Source of the DNA: Owariibacterium komagatae
Lineage (GTDB): Bacteria > Bacillota > Clostridia > Oscillospirales > Ruminococcaceae
NCBI RefSeq assembly: GCF_045865535.1
Contig: NZ_AP031406.1
Span: 234,134-258,133, forward strand
Length of the DNA stretch: 24,000 nt
Direction of reading: 5' to 3'
Shown: piece by piece, positions 1 to 8,686 of the stretch
Layout of the letters: each line of letters begins with the position of its first letter
How positions within the stretch are numbered: the first letter of the stretch is position 1
The notes under the pieces: model-generated
Told to the model about the DNA's origin: nothing
The model's input: only the letters and a program-made list of their open reading frames with translations
The model's database searches: none
Translations under genes and position numbers: made by a program

Positions 1-1
1 A

Positions 2-2263
2 AAATTCCTCCAGCATTACCGGCTGAACCATCTGGACCCGCAGCAGCGAACAGCAGCGAGTACCACTGATGGTCCGGTTCTTCTGCTCGCCGTTCCGGGA
101 AGCGGCAAAACCACGACCCTGATTGCTCGGCTTGGCTATCTGGTACTTGGATGCGGAGTAAGACCCGAGGACATTCTGACCATGACTTATACGGTTGCCG
201 CTACACAGGAAATGCGTCAGCGGTTTATTGACCGATTTGGAAAAGATGTCGGCAACCGGATGGAATTTCGGACTATCAACAGCGTGTGCTACAAAATCAT
301 TGCTTTGTACGGCCAGATGGGCAACTGGATTCCTCGTATGGCAACAGAGGGGGAGTCTGATGCAGTTGTGCGTGATATCTACAAGACCCTCGCGCAATCG
401 TATCCAACGGATGCGGATATCAAGACGATGCGCATGGTGATTTCAAACATTAAGAACCGGATGATGGATAAAGTACAGACCGAGGCGGCCGGTTTTGACC
501 TTCCGTTTTCTGCATGGACACTTTACAACGATTATCAGGCTGCAATGAACGAAAGACAGCTGATGGATTTTGACGACCAGCTTGTAATGGCGTATCAAAT
601 CCTTATCAGTGAGCCGCAAATTCTCAATGCGTATCAAGAGAAGTATAAGCATATCTGCGTGGATGAGGCGCAGGATACGAGCAAAATCCAGCACGAAATC
701 ATCGCCCTCTTGGCACAGAAAAATCGAAACCTTTTCATGGTCGGCGATGAAGACCAGTCGATTTACGGATTCCGTGCTGCTTGCCCGCAGGAATTGATGG
801 AGTTTGAGAAAAAATGGCCGGGAGCGAAAATCCTGCTCATCGAAACGAACTATCGTTCCACAGATGAAATCGTAGATGCGTCTGCAAAATTCATTCGGCA
901 AAACAAAGCGCGTCGAGACAAGAAAATGCACGGTGTAAACGGGCATGGAGAAGCTATCCGGGCAATTCCGGTCGCCAATCGACTGGAACAGTACCGATTG
1001 CTCGCTGGCATGGGGCAGACCGCAATGGAGACCAATTCGCCGCTCACAGTTCTGTACCGGAATAACGATTCGGCTTTGCCGGTCATCGACGCCCTCGAAA
1101 AGCGAGGGATTCCTTATCAGGCAAAAGGAAATGATGGTCTGTTTTTCAAAGGCCGTGTTTATCTTGGCGTTATGGATTTCGTCCGACTGGCCTTAAATCC
1201 TCGCGATAAGGATGCGTTCATGTCCTTGTATTATAAGCTGGGATTGTTCGTCCGGCGCCAGCAGGCGCAAGCGGCCGTCTCGCGATACAGTAAGAAGCCA
1301 CTGCTGGATGTTCTTGGGGAAGTAACCGGCAATGACAAGTGCCATGACCTGAGCCGAATCTTTGCTTCGCTGCTGACCATGAAAGCGGTGGACGCCTTAA
1401 AGACCATCCGGTATCAGTTGAAATTCGCGGACTACCTGAAATCCTGTAAAGTCGGAACGGCCCGTTTGGATACGTTGGAGTTTCTGGCACAGGAAGATGC
1501 TTCGTTGACAGATTTTGTTACTCACATGGAGCGGCTGCAGAAAATCATTCGAGACGGCCGTAAGGAGCCTGCGTCGTTCGTTCTGTCCACGATTCATTCT
1601 GCAAAAGGCCTTGAATATGACCATGTTATCCTTGCAGATGTCTACGATGGGGAGTTCCCGGTAGACCCGTATCAAACCGAAACGCCTCTCGTTGGCGAAA
1701 CAGACCTGGAGGAAGAGAGGCGTCTGTTTTATGTTGGTATGACTCGTGCCCGAAAAACGCTTGGTATTATTCGAGTTGCCGGACAGACTTCGGATTTTGC
1801 GGATTTTGTGTTCGGAACTGGAAATCAGGGCAAGAAGAACTCCCAGCCGAAAGCAAGTGCTTCGTCCTCGAAGACGGTCGCCAGGGAGAAAACGCAGAAA
1901 TGGCAAAAAGAGAAGAGCCGCCGTCCCCGGGACAATGATTGGTCCAAATGGGATGATGCTCTCTGGGATGAAGGGCACAATAACGCCCCACAGTGGCCGG
2001 TACGCCCTTCCGCTGCACAATCGTCTGCAAAAAGAATCAGTAGTTTCTCCGGCTCAAGTGTACATCAAGTTACTTCCAACTTTGACGAAACGGTCGAGTT
2101 CCGTGTCGGAGACAAAGTGAAGCACGCCGTTTTCGGTGAAGGCACGGTTGTGGAGCTGATGAAGAACGGAATCCTTCGGATTCGGTTTGCCAAGGAAGAG
2201 AAGAAAATTGCGCCGGGGTACGCTGTGAACGCGGGGCTTATGAAAAAAATTAGCGGGTCATAA
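2..2263 (+). CDS. UvrD/PcrA/Rep-family SF1 DNA helicase, 5' end outside the window, with a C-terminal Tudor-like domain
   Basis: The frame is open from nt 2 and encodes Walker A AVPGSGKTTTLIARL upstream of the tracked Met. SF1 motifs are visible: TYTVAATQEMRQRF (Ia), VDEAQDTS (II), VGDEDQSIYGFRAA (III), TNYRST (IV), TIHSAKGLEYDHV (V), EEERRLFYVGMTRARKTL (VI). The C-terminal VGDKVKHAVFGEGTVVEL...IRF resembles the PcrA/UvrD C-terminal Tudor fold. Confidence 0.9.
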   Translation, partial: KFLQHYRLNHLDPQQRTAASTTDGPVLLLAVPGSGKTTTLIARLGYLVLGCGVRPEDILTMTYTVAATQEMRQRFIDRFGKDVGNRMEFRTINSVCYKIIALYGQMGNWIPRMATEGESDAVVRDIYKTLAQSYPTDADIKTMRMVISNIKNRMMDKVQTEAAGFDLPFSAWTLYNDYQAAMNERQLMDFDDQLVMAYQILISEPQILNAYQEKYKHICVDEAQDTSKIQHEIIALLAQKNRNLFMVGDEDQSIYGFRAACPQELMEFEKKWPGAKILLIETNYRSTDEIVDASAKFIRQNKARRDKKMHGVNGHGEAIRAIPVANRLEQYRLLAGMGQTAMETNSPLTVLYRNNDSALPVIDALEKRGIPYQAKGNDGLFFKGRVYLGVMDFVRLALNPRDKDAFMSLYYKLGLFVRRQQAQAAVSRYSKKPLLDVLGEVTGNDKCHDLSRIFASLLTMKAVDALKTIRYQLKFADYLKSCKVGTARLDTLEFLAQEDASLTDFVTHMERLQKIIRDGRKEPASFVLSTIHSAKGLEYDHVILADVYDGEFPVDPYQTETPLVGETDLEEERRLFYVGMTRARKTLGIIRVAGQTSDFADFVFGTGNQGKKNSQPKASASSSKTVAREKTQKWQKEKSRRPRDNDWSKWDDALWDEGHNNAPQWPVRPSAAQSSAKRISSFSGSSVHQVTSNFDETVEFRVGDKVKHAVFGEGTVVELMKNGILRIRFAKEEKKIAPGYAVNAGLMKKISGS

Positions 2264-2289
2264 GCCCGCGAACTTTGGAGGATTTTGCC

Positions 2290-3384
2290 GTGAAAAATTT
2301 CGAGTATAAAACCATTCTCTGTACGCCGGAAATGGCGACGGAAATGTTGACGCACAATATTCGTAACAGGTCCATCAATAAGTCGGACGTGAAACGAATC
2401 GCCGAACGAATCCAGAGCGGCCAGTGGGAATTCGATGGCTCTCCCATCAAATTCAACTCTGACGGGATTCTGGTAGACGGCCAGCATCGTCTGGCTGCTA
2501 TTGTGAAGGCCGGCATCCCGGTTGAACTCGCTGTGGTCTATGGCGTGGATAGCCAGTGGACGGACACCGGCCGCAAGCGTTCTTCCCGAGATTCCATCTT
2601 TATTAACTACCCGGACCTGGATTGGGTAGACACCAATGCAACGTCCTCGCTGGAATTCCTGAATCAGTTTTGCCCGGAACTCCAGTGCGCAGAGCATCCC
2701 GAGAAAGCAGCGTTTTTCCGGCAACATGCAGAAAAACTTCGAGACATCCTGCCGAAGCTGTGCAAGACGCGGGGCGTGACCGGTTCCATGCGCTGCGCCG
2801 GATTCCGGGCAGCGTTTATGGTGGCCGCTATGGACGACGTGCCCATGAGCGTACTGGACAGAGCCCTGCATATCCTGTTCAGCGGGGCTGGGGACGGTGG
2901 CGTAGACCACACCATTGACTATCTGCGTGAGAATCTGCGCAAGATGGATGGTTCTTATAAAAAGAAGAGCTTTCCTGTGAACCGGGAGATTTTTCTGAAA
3001 AGCTGCTATGCTCTCAAGAAGTTTTCGGAAGGGGTGGAGCTCAGCTCGGCCCGGACGCCCAATGAGTGCCCATTCTATATCTACAATGCCTACGGCGAGC
3101 CTGTCTATACACCTTCCAAGAAGCGCCAGAGAAAACCGACCGCTTCTGTACGCACGACGCTGAACGGTCAGCTGGAGCTTCCTGAACTGAAGCGGGAAAA
3201 GAAACCGCACGACAACCTTGTTGTGGGAAGTATCATCCAGCACCGCTCTTTTGGGCGCGGCGTTGTGACGAGCACGAGCCTGACGAGCCGGGGCGGAGAA
3301 GTGGTGAATGTTCGATTCCCCGATAAAGACTGCACCATTGGCGTAAAATACTGCCTGGAGCACGGTATCATCCAAATTTTGTAA
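2290..3384 (+). CDS. ParB N-terminal-domain-like (DGQHR motif) protein with a UvrD/PcrA-type C-terminal Tudor-like domain
   Basis: ILVDGQHRLAAIVKAGIPVELAVVYGVD is typical of ParB/Srx-fold proteins. I prefer GTG 2290 because GGAGG at 2277-2281 lies 8 nt upstream; the track start at 2275 is a TTG overlapping that SD. The C-terminus VVGSIIQHRSFGRGVV...VRFPDKDCTIGVKYCLEHG parallels the helicase C-terminus. Confidence 0.7.
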   Translation: MKNFEYKTILCTPEMATEMLTHNIRNRSINKSDVKRIAERIQSGQWEFDGSPIKFNSDGILVDGQHRLAAIVKAGIPVELAVVYGVDSQWTDTGRKRSSRDSIFINYPDLDWVDTNATSSLEFLNQFCPELQCAEHPEKAAFFRQHAEKLRDILPKLCKTRGVTGSMRCAGFRAAFMVAAMDDVPMSVLDRALHILFSGAGDGGVDHTIDYLRENLRKMDGSYKKKSFPVNREIFLKSCYALKKFSEGVELSSARTPNECPFYIYNAYGEPVYTPSKKRQRKPTASVRTTLNGQLELPELKREKKPHDNLVVGSIIQHRSFGRGVVTSTSLTSRGGEVVNVRFPDKDCTIGVKYCLEHGIIQIL

Positions 3385-3420
3385 TCTGAGAACAAGTCGA
3401 ATCAAAGTGAGTGAGAAGTT

Positions 3421-4806
3421 TTGATTGAAGAATCTGTTGTCCAGGGCGTTGAAATCGCCATCCCGTCTCCCGCTCAGTGGGTGCTGGACAAATTGAACGG
3501 CGCCGGACATTCAGCCTATGTGGTCGGTGGATGCGTCCGCGATTCTCTTCTCGGCCTTGAGCCGCATGATTGGGACATCTGCACTTCCGCCCGGCCTGAG
3601 CAGGTCATTGATGTGTTCGGTGCAGAACGGGTTATCCCGACCGGCCTGAAGCACGGGACTGTAACCGTGCGGGAGAATGGAGAATCATTCGAGGTCACGA
3701 CGTTCCGTGTGGATGGCCCTTATTCCGACGGACGGCGGCCTGATTCGGTTCGATTCAGCGACGATTTGATAGAAGACCTGATGCGGCGCGATTTCACGGT
3801 GAATGCAATGGCTTACCATCCGGCTGAAGGACTCATTGACCCGTTTGGTGGTCGGGAAGATATCAAGGGTCGGCTGCTACGATGTGTAGGCGACGCATAT
3901 GCTCGCTTCTCCGAGGATGCTCTGCGAATTCTCCGGGCTGTTCGATTCAGTGCAGTGTACGGATTTCGCATTGGGTCATATACTCGGTACGCCATGGCGA
4001 CTGAGGCAAGAATGTTAGGCGGAATCGCAAAAGAGCGCGTGGGAGCAGAGGTCAGAAAGCTGCTGGCAGGCCGGTATGCAGCTGTGGTTGTACGGGAAAA
4101 CATAGCCGTATTGAACGTCATCATCCCATATTTGCAGGACATCCTGAACTGCTCCCAGAACAACAGCTATCACTACGCCAATGTATTCGAACACACGATG
4201 GATGCTATGGCGGCATCGTGGAGGGAAGAGGTGTTCCCCGCCGAGTGGGCGGACGAATATGCTCGGGCGGCTTTGTTTTTCCATGATTTTGGGAAAGCGG
4301 CCGTGAAGACATGCGATGAGCAGGGATATGAACACTTTTATGGACACCCAAAAGTCAGCGCTGAACGAGTTGACGAAATCTTGCGTGGCCTGCGAATGCC
4401 GAACGAGTACCGGCGCGCGGTCGTTCAGCTCGTAGAGAATCACGATGCGACCCTGTACCCGTCTTTGCCATCCGCCCGCCGATGGCTCCTGCGTTTAGGC
4501 GAAGAACAGCTGCGGCGGTTGATGAAGATGCAGGAATGTGACGCGGCCGCTCATGTGGCATCTGTTCACAAAAAGCGATTTGCGGACCTGAAAACTTTTT
4601 CGGATTGCGTGGATATGGTTCTCACTGAAGCATCTGCATTCTCGCTGAAGCAACTGGCGATTTCAGGGAAAGACCTCTTGACAATCGGATATACGCAGGG
4701 ACCGGAAATCGGAAAAACTCTGCGCAGTTTGCTGGAAGATGTCGTTGAGGGGAAATTAAAGAACGAGAAAGAGGCGCTGCTGAGTGCGGCCGCCGGAATG
4801 AGGTAA
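3421..4806 (+). CDS. cca: CCA-adding tRNA nucleotidyltransferase (class II, with HD domain)
   Basis: GGCVRDSLLG..HDWDI, GLKHGTVTV, EVTTFR.DG.Y.DGRRPD and RRDFTVNAM are the pol-beta nucleotidyltransferase head and neck motifs of CCA enzymes. FFHDFGKA is the HD motif. The C-terminal tail is as in Firmicutes Cca. The start is TTG. Confidence 0.85.
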   Translation: MIEESVVQGVEIAIPSPAQWVLDKLNGAGHSAYVVGGCVRDSLLGLEPHDWDICTSARPEQVIDVFGAERVIPTGLKHGTVTVRENGESFEVTTFRVDGPYSDGRRPDSVRFSDDLIEDLMRRDFTVNAMAYHPAEGLIDPFGGREDIKGRLLRCVGDAYARFSEDALRILRAVRFSAVYGFRIGSYTRYAMATEARMLGGIAKERVGAEVRKLLAGRYAAVVVRENIAVLNVIIPYLQDILNCSQNNSYHYANVFEHTMDAMAASWREEVFPAEWADEYARAALFFHDFGKAAVKTCDEQGYEHFYGHPKVSAERVDEILRGLRMPNEYRRAVVQLVENHDATLYPSLPSARRWLLRLGEEQLRRLMKMQECDAAAHVASVHKKRFADLKTFSDCVDMVLTEASAFSLKQLAISGKDLLTIGYTQGPEIGKTLRSLLEDVVEGKLKNEKEALLSAAAGMR

Positions 4807-4811
4807 TTTCA

Positions 4812-5045
4812 ATGGCAGAAGAAAGAAAAAAGCGCTATCGCCGTTGGTATGCAACCGACGGCAAAACTGTGTATGTATGTTTGTCTCCCCGCGTTCGGGA
4901 CGAATTCCTCGCTCGCAATGCTGGGATGCGTCCTTTGTATAAAAGAGAGGTCGGCCGGATGGTTCGTTCAGACCAGCAAGCAAAAATCGTTGGCATTCGC
5001 GCCAATTTCAGTCATTGGGACCCGATTGACGGTGTGGATTACTAA
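4812..5045 (+). CDS. hypothetical small basic protein (77 aa) immediately upstream of cas5c
   Basis: ATG lies 8 nt after GAGG (4800-4803), and the ORF fills the gap between cca and cas5c. I recognise no motif. It occupies the slot where cas3 sits in canonical I-C loci. Confidence 0.45.
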   Translation: MAEERKKRYRRWYATDGKTVYVCLSPRVRDEFLARNAGMRPLYKREVGRMVRSDQQAKIVGIRANFSHWDPIDGVDY

Positions 5046-5067
5046 CTTTCCAAAAAGGAGCGAAACA

Positions 5068-5811
5068 ATGGTAATCAGATTCGAAACGGAAAGAATCCTG
5101 GATATTGCCAGGATGATTGACCGAAGCGCAGGAGCGCCCAAAATGTATTCCGACCTTGTTGGCGTGGAGTTTTCCGCAGATTACGCGCTGTTTTCCCGAC
5201 CGGAGTTTCAGGTGGACAAAGGTTCGTATCCTGCGCCTACTTTCGCTGCACTGCGAAATGCCATTCAGAGCATTTACTGGCATCCGGGGTTCAATATCAT
5301 CCCTCTTGCCTGTCTGTGTCGAAATCCTGTTGTGGAAGAGAATATCGCCACCAACGGACTTAACATTCGCAAAAAAGCCGAAGTGGGCACATATGTATAT
5401 GCCGGTCTGAACCGTATGCAGCGGACTCAGCGTTTTTTGCGAAACGTCAAGTACGATGTTGTGGTCGCACTGGTGAGTCGGCCTGATGCGATGCCGGGTG
5501 ATAAATGTCTGAAAAGCTACTATGAACAGCTGACCCGGCATATCCATGATGGGACCAGCTACCGGGCCCCGTATCTGGGAGTGGGTGAGTGTCTGGCTTC
5601 GTTTCGTCCTGTCGATTTCAGCAAATTGGATATTAGCGACGGGAACGGCATGACTCGGGATATCGGTTGGATGGCCTTCGACTACGATTATACGCAGATG
5701 AATCGTGGTGAAGCCAAAGGCCCTATCGCCATGTTCCAAAAGACTCGAATTGAACAGGGTCTGATTGATTATACGAAAGGAGAAATCCGACGTGATTCGA
5801 GCGCTCCTTGA
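5068..5811 (+). CDS. cas5c: Cas5c (Cas5d), type I-C
   Basis: VGVEFSADYALFSRPEF....SYPAPTFAALRNAIQSIYWHPGF matches the Cas5d N-terminal signature (F.DYALF..P....SY.vPT..A..G....IYWKP). ATG 5068 has AAAGGAG 7 nt upstream. An alternative start at ATG 5143 (AGGAG at 5130-5134) would give a canonical-length N-terminus. Confidence 0.85.
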   Translation: MVIRFETERILDIARMIDRSAGAPKMYSDLVGVEFSADYALFSRPEFQVDKGSYPAPTFAALRNAIQSIYWHPGFNIIPLACLCRNPVVEENIATNGLNIRKKAEVGTYVYAGLNRMQRTQRFLRNVKYDVVVALVSRPDAMPGDKCLKSYYEQLTRHIHDGTSYRAPYLGVGECLASFRPVDFSKLDISDGNGMTRDIGWMAFDYDYTQMNRGEAKGPIAMFQKTRIEQGLIDYTKGEIRRDSSAP

Positions 5812-7594
5812 TTTTTATGAGTATCTGCTTGATACCGGACTGGTCGAGGAACAGTTCGGTTGGGCAGAAATGGCTGTGCCTATGACCCTCGATGTGGATT
5901 CGGAAGGCAAGGTTCTTTCTCTCAAGTCCAATGTGTATACCGAGAAGAACGAGAAGGGGAAAGAGCAGCAAATCGTTCCTCGGATGCTTCTGCCTTATCA
6001 CCCTGTACGGTCGAACAACATCCTGCCCTGTATTTTTGCGGATAAGGCGGAATACCTGCTGGGCATCGGCCCACGCGGAAACAAGGCATTCGCTGCCATG
6101 AAGAGTCTCCAAGAAAAACTTTTGGAAGACGTGGATTCTCCCGTCGCCAAAGGAATCCTTCGATTTTTTGGAACGTGGGACCTTTCTTCGGCGTCTGATA
6201 AATTTTCCGAATCCCAAAAGGAGTTGCTTGCAGAATATGCAACCGGCAACATCCTTATTACAGTGAACGGCGTGCCCCCTACCGAAGACCGGGCCTGTGT
6301 ATCTGCTTACAATGCCTATATTAAGGAAGTGGGCATCAGCGGCAGCACACTTCACGGCATTGATTGTATCACAGGAGAGTACGGGACGATTTGTCGTGTT
6401 CATCCGAAAATCAAAGGTATTCGGGCGGCATCCACCGGGGCTCCTCTGTGTACCATCAATAACAATTCCTGTGTACACGCCACTGGCAGGGAACAGGGGT
6501 ACGGCACACCGATGACCGAGCTGAATGTGTACCGGTATTCGACTGCGCTGGAGTATCTGACCCACAGCCCGCTTCACAATTTTTATGATAAGTATTCCGG
6601 CATGAACATCCTGTGCTGGTCTACGGAATGCGACGAGGCGCAACAGGCCGCGCTGCTGTTCGCCATGACCGGCGCACTGGGCAAGGACGAATCCGGAAAT
6701 CGGACGACCGAATATCTGAAACGGATTTACATGGGGCTCGATATTCCGCCGGAAGGCTTCAACCCCAATGCCTATATGCATATCGTTGGGCTTGATTCCC
6801 GGGATGGGTACATTATTCGAACTGTGTTCTGCTATGAAGGTTCGTTTCAGGAGCTGACAGAGAATATTCGCCGTCACTACTGGAACACACGCATCTGCGG
6901 CAGAGGCGGTGTCCCGTTCTATCGTATCTACGAAATGATTTGTAAAAAGAAAGCTGACGGCGGTGTGATTGCCGATAAGAGCAGGATTACCGCCGACATC
7001 ATCAACAGCATCATGACGAACGGGAAGTACCCCGAGCAAATCCTGGACCTGCTCCTCCGGCAGATTCAAAATGAGGCGCAGGGAACAGAGGACTATTTGC
7101 TGAACGCTTCGCAGGCTGGGTTCTTGCGGGCGTATCTGATACAGAATAAAAAGGAGAGTGTTACAGAAATGTTGGACACAGAAAACCGTGACCCTGGGTA
7201 TCTCTGCGGACGAATTTTCGCCGCCGCCGTGAATATCGAACGGGCATCGAAAGCCGGAGAACAGACCCGGCGGACTATGGCGCAGAAGCTGGGTGAGGCG
7301 ATGCGGCATCCTGCGGATTTCTTTCCGCTGATGTTTGCTGACCTGAATGGTGCGTACCTGCGGAAGCTGTACACCAGAGAAAAAACCGCCGGGCTTGCAT
7401 CCATTCTCGAAAAAGAGCTTGGCGAACTGGTGGACCTGCTCCCCAATGGAGGGTATCCCCGGAAGCTGTCCCGCGCTCAGCAGGCACAGTTCTGCACCGG
7501 GTACTACCAGCAGAGGAATAAGTACATCCAGGATGCGGCCGCAAAGAAGGCCGAAAAGGAAAAGAAGAACGAAAACAATGAGGAGGCTGCATAA
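5792..7594 (+). CDS. cas8c: Cas8c (Csd1), type I-C large subunit
   Basis: It lies between cas5c and cas7c and is ~600 aa. The N-terminus VIRALLDFYEYL resembles the Csd1 N-terminus, and the C-terminal YLCGRIFAAAVNIE block is Csd1-like. GTG 5792 has AAGGAG at 5777-5782. The gene overlaps the cas5c end by 20 nt. Confidence 0.85.
   Translation: MIRALLDFYEYLLDTGLVEEQFGWAEMAVPMTLDVDSEGKVLSLKSNVYTEKNEKGKEQQIVPRMLLPYHPVRSNNILPCIFADKAEYLLGIGPRGNKAFAAMKSLQEKLLEDVDSPVAKGILRFFGTWDLSSASDKFSESQKELLAEYATGNILITVNGVPPTEDRACVSAYNAYIKEVGISGSTLHGIDCITGEYGTICRVHPKIKGIRAASTGAPLCTINNNSCVHATGREQGYGTPMTELNVYRYSTALEYLTHSPLHNFYDKYSGMNILCWSTECDEAQQAALLFAMTGALGKDESGNRTTEYLKRIYMGLDIPPEGFNPNAYMHIVGLDSRDGYIIRTVFCYEGSFQELTENIRRHYWNTRICGRGGVPFYRIYEMICKKKADGGVIADKSRITADIINSIMTNGKYPEQILDLLLRQIQNEAQGTEDYLLNASQAGFLRAYLIQNKKESVTEMLDTENRDPGYLCGRIFAAAVNIERASKAGEQTRRTMAQKLGEAMRHPADFFPLMFADLNGAYLRKLYTREKTAGLASILEKELGELVDLLPNGGYPRKLSRAQQAQFCTGYYQQRNKYIQDAAAKKAEKEKKNENNEEAA
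7169..7594 (+). CDS. cas11c: possible internally translated Cas11c (small subunit) within the cas8c 3' end
   Basis: In-frame ATG 7169 follows AAGGAG (7151-7156) by 12 nt. The product is 141 aa and begins MLDTENRDPGYLCGRIF. Type I-C systems are known to make Cas11 from an internal start in cas8c. The position fits, but translation is not shown by sequence alone. Confidence 0.4.
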   Translation: MLDTENRDPGYLCGRIFAAAVNIERASKAGEQTRRTMAQKLGEAMRHPADFFPLMFADLNGAYLRKLYTREKTAGLASILEKELGELVDLLPNGGYPRKLSRAQQAQFCTGYYQQRNKYIQDAAAKKAEKEKKNENNEEAA

Positions 7595-7596
7595 CT

Positions 7597-8514
7597 ATGT
7601 CTGAGAAAACCGTTCTGAACCCCATTACCAATAAATGCGATATTCTGTTCCTGTTCGATGTGGTGGACGGCAACCCCAATGGCGACCCGGATGCGGGCAA
7701 CCGTCCCCGCCAGCATCGTGTGGATGGTGATATGCGTGGCTTTGTCACCGGCGAGTGCATCAAGCGGAAAATCCGCGACTACGTGCTCCGCAAAGTCGAG
7801 GCGGGCGAGCTGCCGGCCGATAAGTACGATATCTACATTCGGCCTGGTAAGCCCCTGGATTTCAAGTGCCAGGAGATGGCGAAGTCCATCGGCATTGAGA
7901 AGCTGGACAAGAAGGGGCAGAAAGAGATTTCCGGCAAAGAGAAGGACAAAGAGCTGCATGATGCCATGTGCGCCCGGTATTTCGATGTCCGCACTTTTGG
8001 CGCCGTCAACACCCTGTTCTCTGATACCGCATACTCTGCTGCGATTCGCGGACCCGTTCAGGTCACGTTCTGCGATAGCGTACACGATATCGAACCTGAG
8101 CGTCTGACCCTGACCCGCTGTGTTGCCACCAAGGACAACGAGGATGAGAAGAATCGCACGATGGGCGACCGTTGGATTGTGCCGTATGGTCTGTACAAGG
8201 GTGTTATTCGGGTTTCCGCTGAGGTCGCAAAGAAGACTGGGGTCTCTGCGGATGACATGAGTTTGCTGATTGAAGCCCTGGAGTGGATGTTTGAGGAAGA
8301 CCAGAGTGCTGCCCGTGGTCTGATGACCATGCGAAAGCTGGTCGTGTTCGAGCATTCCACTGCTCGCGGAAAAGCGCACTTGTCCTCGCTGATGGACACT
8401 GTGGATGTAAAGCTCTGCAATGGGATGGATGCACCGAGCCGGTATGAGGATTACGAGGTCGGGGTGCGCGGTGAATTGCTGCCCCCGAACGTAAAAATGC
8501 ATGTTGTCGTTTGA
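7597..8514 (+). CDS. cas7c: Cas7c (Csd2), type I-C backbone subunit
   Basis: DILFLFDVVDGNPNGDPDAGNRPR is the hallmark Csd2/Cas7 N-terminal motif. It is 305 aa, and GAGGAGG (7580-7586) lies upstream of the ATG. Confidence 0.9.
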   Translation: MSEKTVLNPITNKCDILFLFDVVDGNPNGDPDAGNRPRQHRVDGDMRGFVTGECIKRKIRDYVLRKVEAGELPADKYDIYIRPGKPLDFKCQEMAKSIGIEKLDKKGQKEISGKEKDKELHDAMCARYFDVRTFGAVNTLFSDTAYSAAIRGPVQVTFCDSVHDIEPERLTLTRCVATKDNEDEKNRTMGDRWIVPYGLYKGVIRVSAEVAKKTGVSADDMSLLIEALEWMFEEDQSAARGLMTMRKLVVFEHSTARGKAHLSSLMDTVDVKLCNGMDAPSRYEDYEVGVRGELLPPNVKMHVVV

Positions 8515-8517
8515 GTT

Positions 8518-8686
8518 ATCGCACCTTATGCGGGTGCGCGAATTGAAATCCGGACGTGAAAGCGCATATCATTGTTTGAGATGTCGCGCCCTGTATGGGC
8601 GCGGGAATCGAAATGTCCCGATGGGTCTGTCGATTAGGCGCATCTTGGTATAAAATCGGACCCCACGCAGGTGCGTGAATCAAAAT
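8518..8686 (+). CRISPR. degenerate 3-repeat mini-array abutting the cas7c stop codon
   Basis: Repeats are at 8518-8549, 8583-8614 and 8655-8686 (ATCGCACCTTATGCGGGTGCGCGAATTGAAAT, GTCGCGCCCTGTATGGGCGCGGGAATCGAAAT, ATCGGACCCCACGCAGGTGCGTGAATCAAAAT). Spacers are 33 and 40 nt. The array starts 4 nt after the cas7c TGA (8512-8514), with no leader. Confidence 0.7.

Noticed and set aside
1637-1649. 13-nt exact match (GATGTCTACGATG) between the reverse complement of spacer 8882-8917 and the helicase gene.
   Set aside because: The flanking bases mismatch on both sides. One 13-mer hit is about what chance predicts for ~900 nt of spacers against both strands of 24 kb. There is no supporting motif context.
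1749-1773. Further exact CCCGAAAA octamers on the + strand inside coding regions: 1749 (followed by TATTAT), 17577, 18257. Related CCGAAAA strings occur at 6367 and 15643.
   Set aside because: These encode Arg-Lys/Pro-Lys dipeptide contexts (ARK, PRK, SPK) in conserved or plausible protein sequence, so codon usage explains them. They also show that octamer over-representation alone is weak evidence. Only the composite motif in non-coding or spacer positions was reported.
2-2263. Whether the helicase at the window start is a divergent Cas3.
   Set aside because: Its motifs are SF1 UvrD/PcrA-type (TxTxxAA, DEAQD, VGDxDQSIYxFR, NYRS, TxHxxKGLE, YVGxTRA), not SF2 DExH Cas3 motifs. No HD nuclease domain is visible in the part seen. 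It is also three genes away from cas5c.
2065-3510. Long minus-strand ORFs antisense to clearly identified + strand genes: 2065-3510, 5723-7309, 7504-8502, 10601-11833, 14398-15135, 15922-16653, 15977-16831, 18856-19488, 19522-20193, 21911-22681.
   Set aside because: Each overlaps a + strand gene with strong family motifs or signal peptides. Their products are low-complexity (R/G/H/V/P-rich) with no motifs. This is typical of stop-poor antisense frames in GC-rich coding DNA.
4849-5067. The 5' extension of the cas5c ORF to 4849 in the ORF track.
   Set aside because: The extension overlaps the 77-aa ORF in another frame, has no RBS, and adds a Cys/Leu-rich non-Cas5 N-terminus. ATG 5068 and ATG 5143 both have strong SD sequences.
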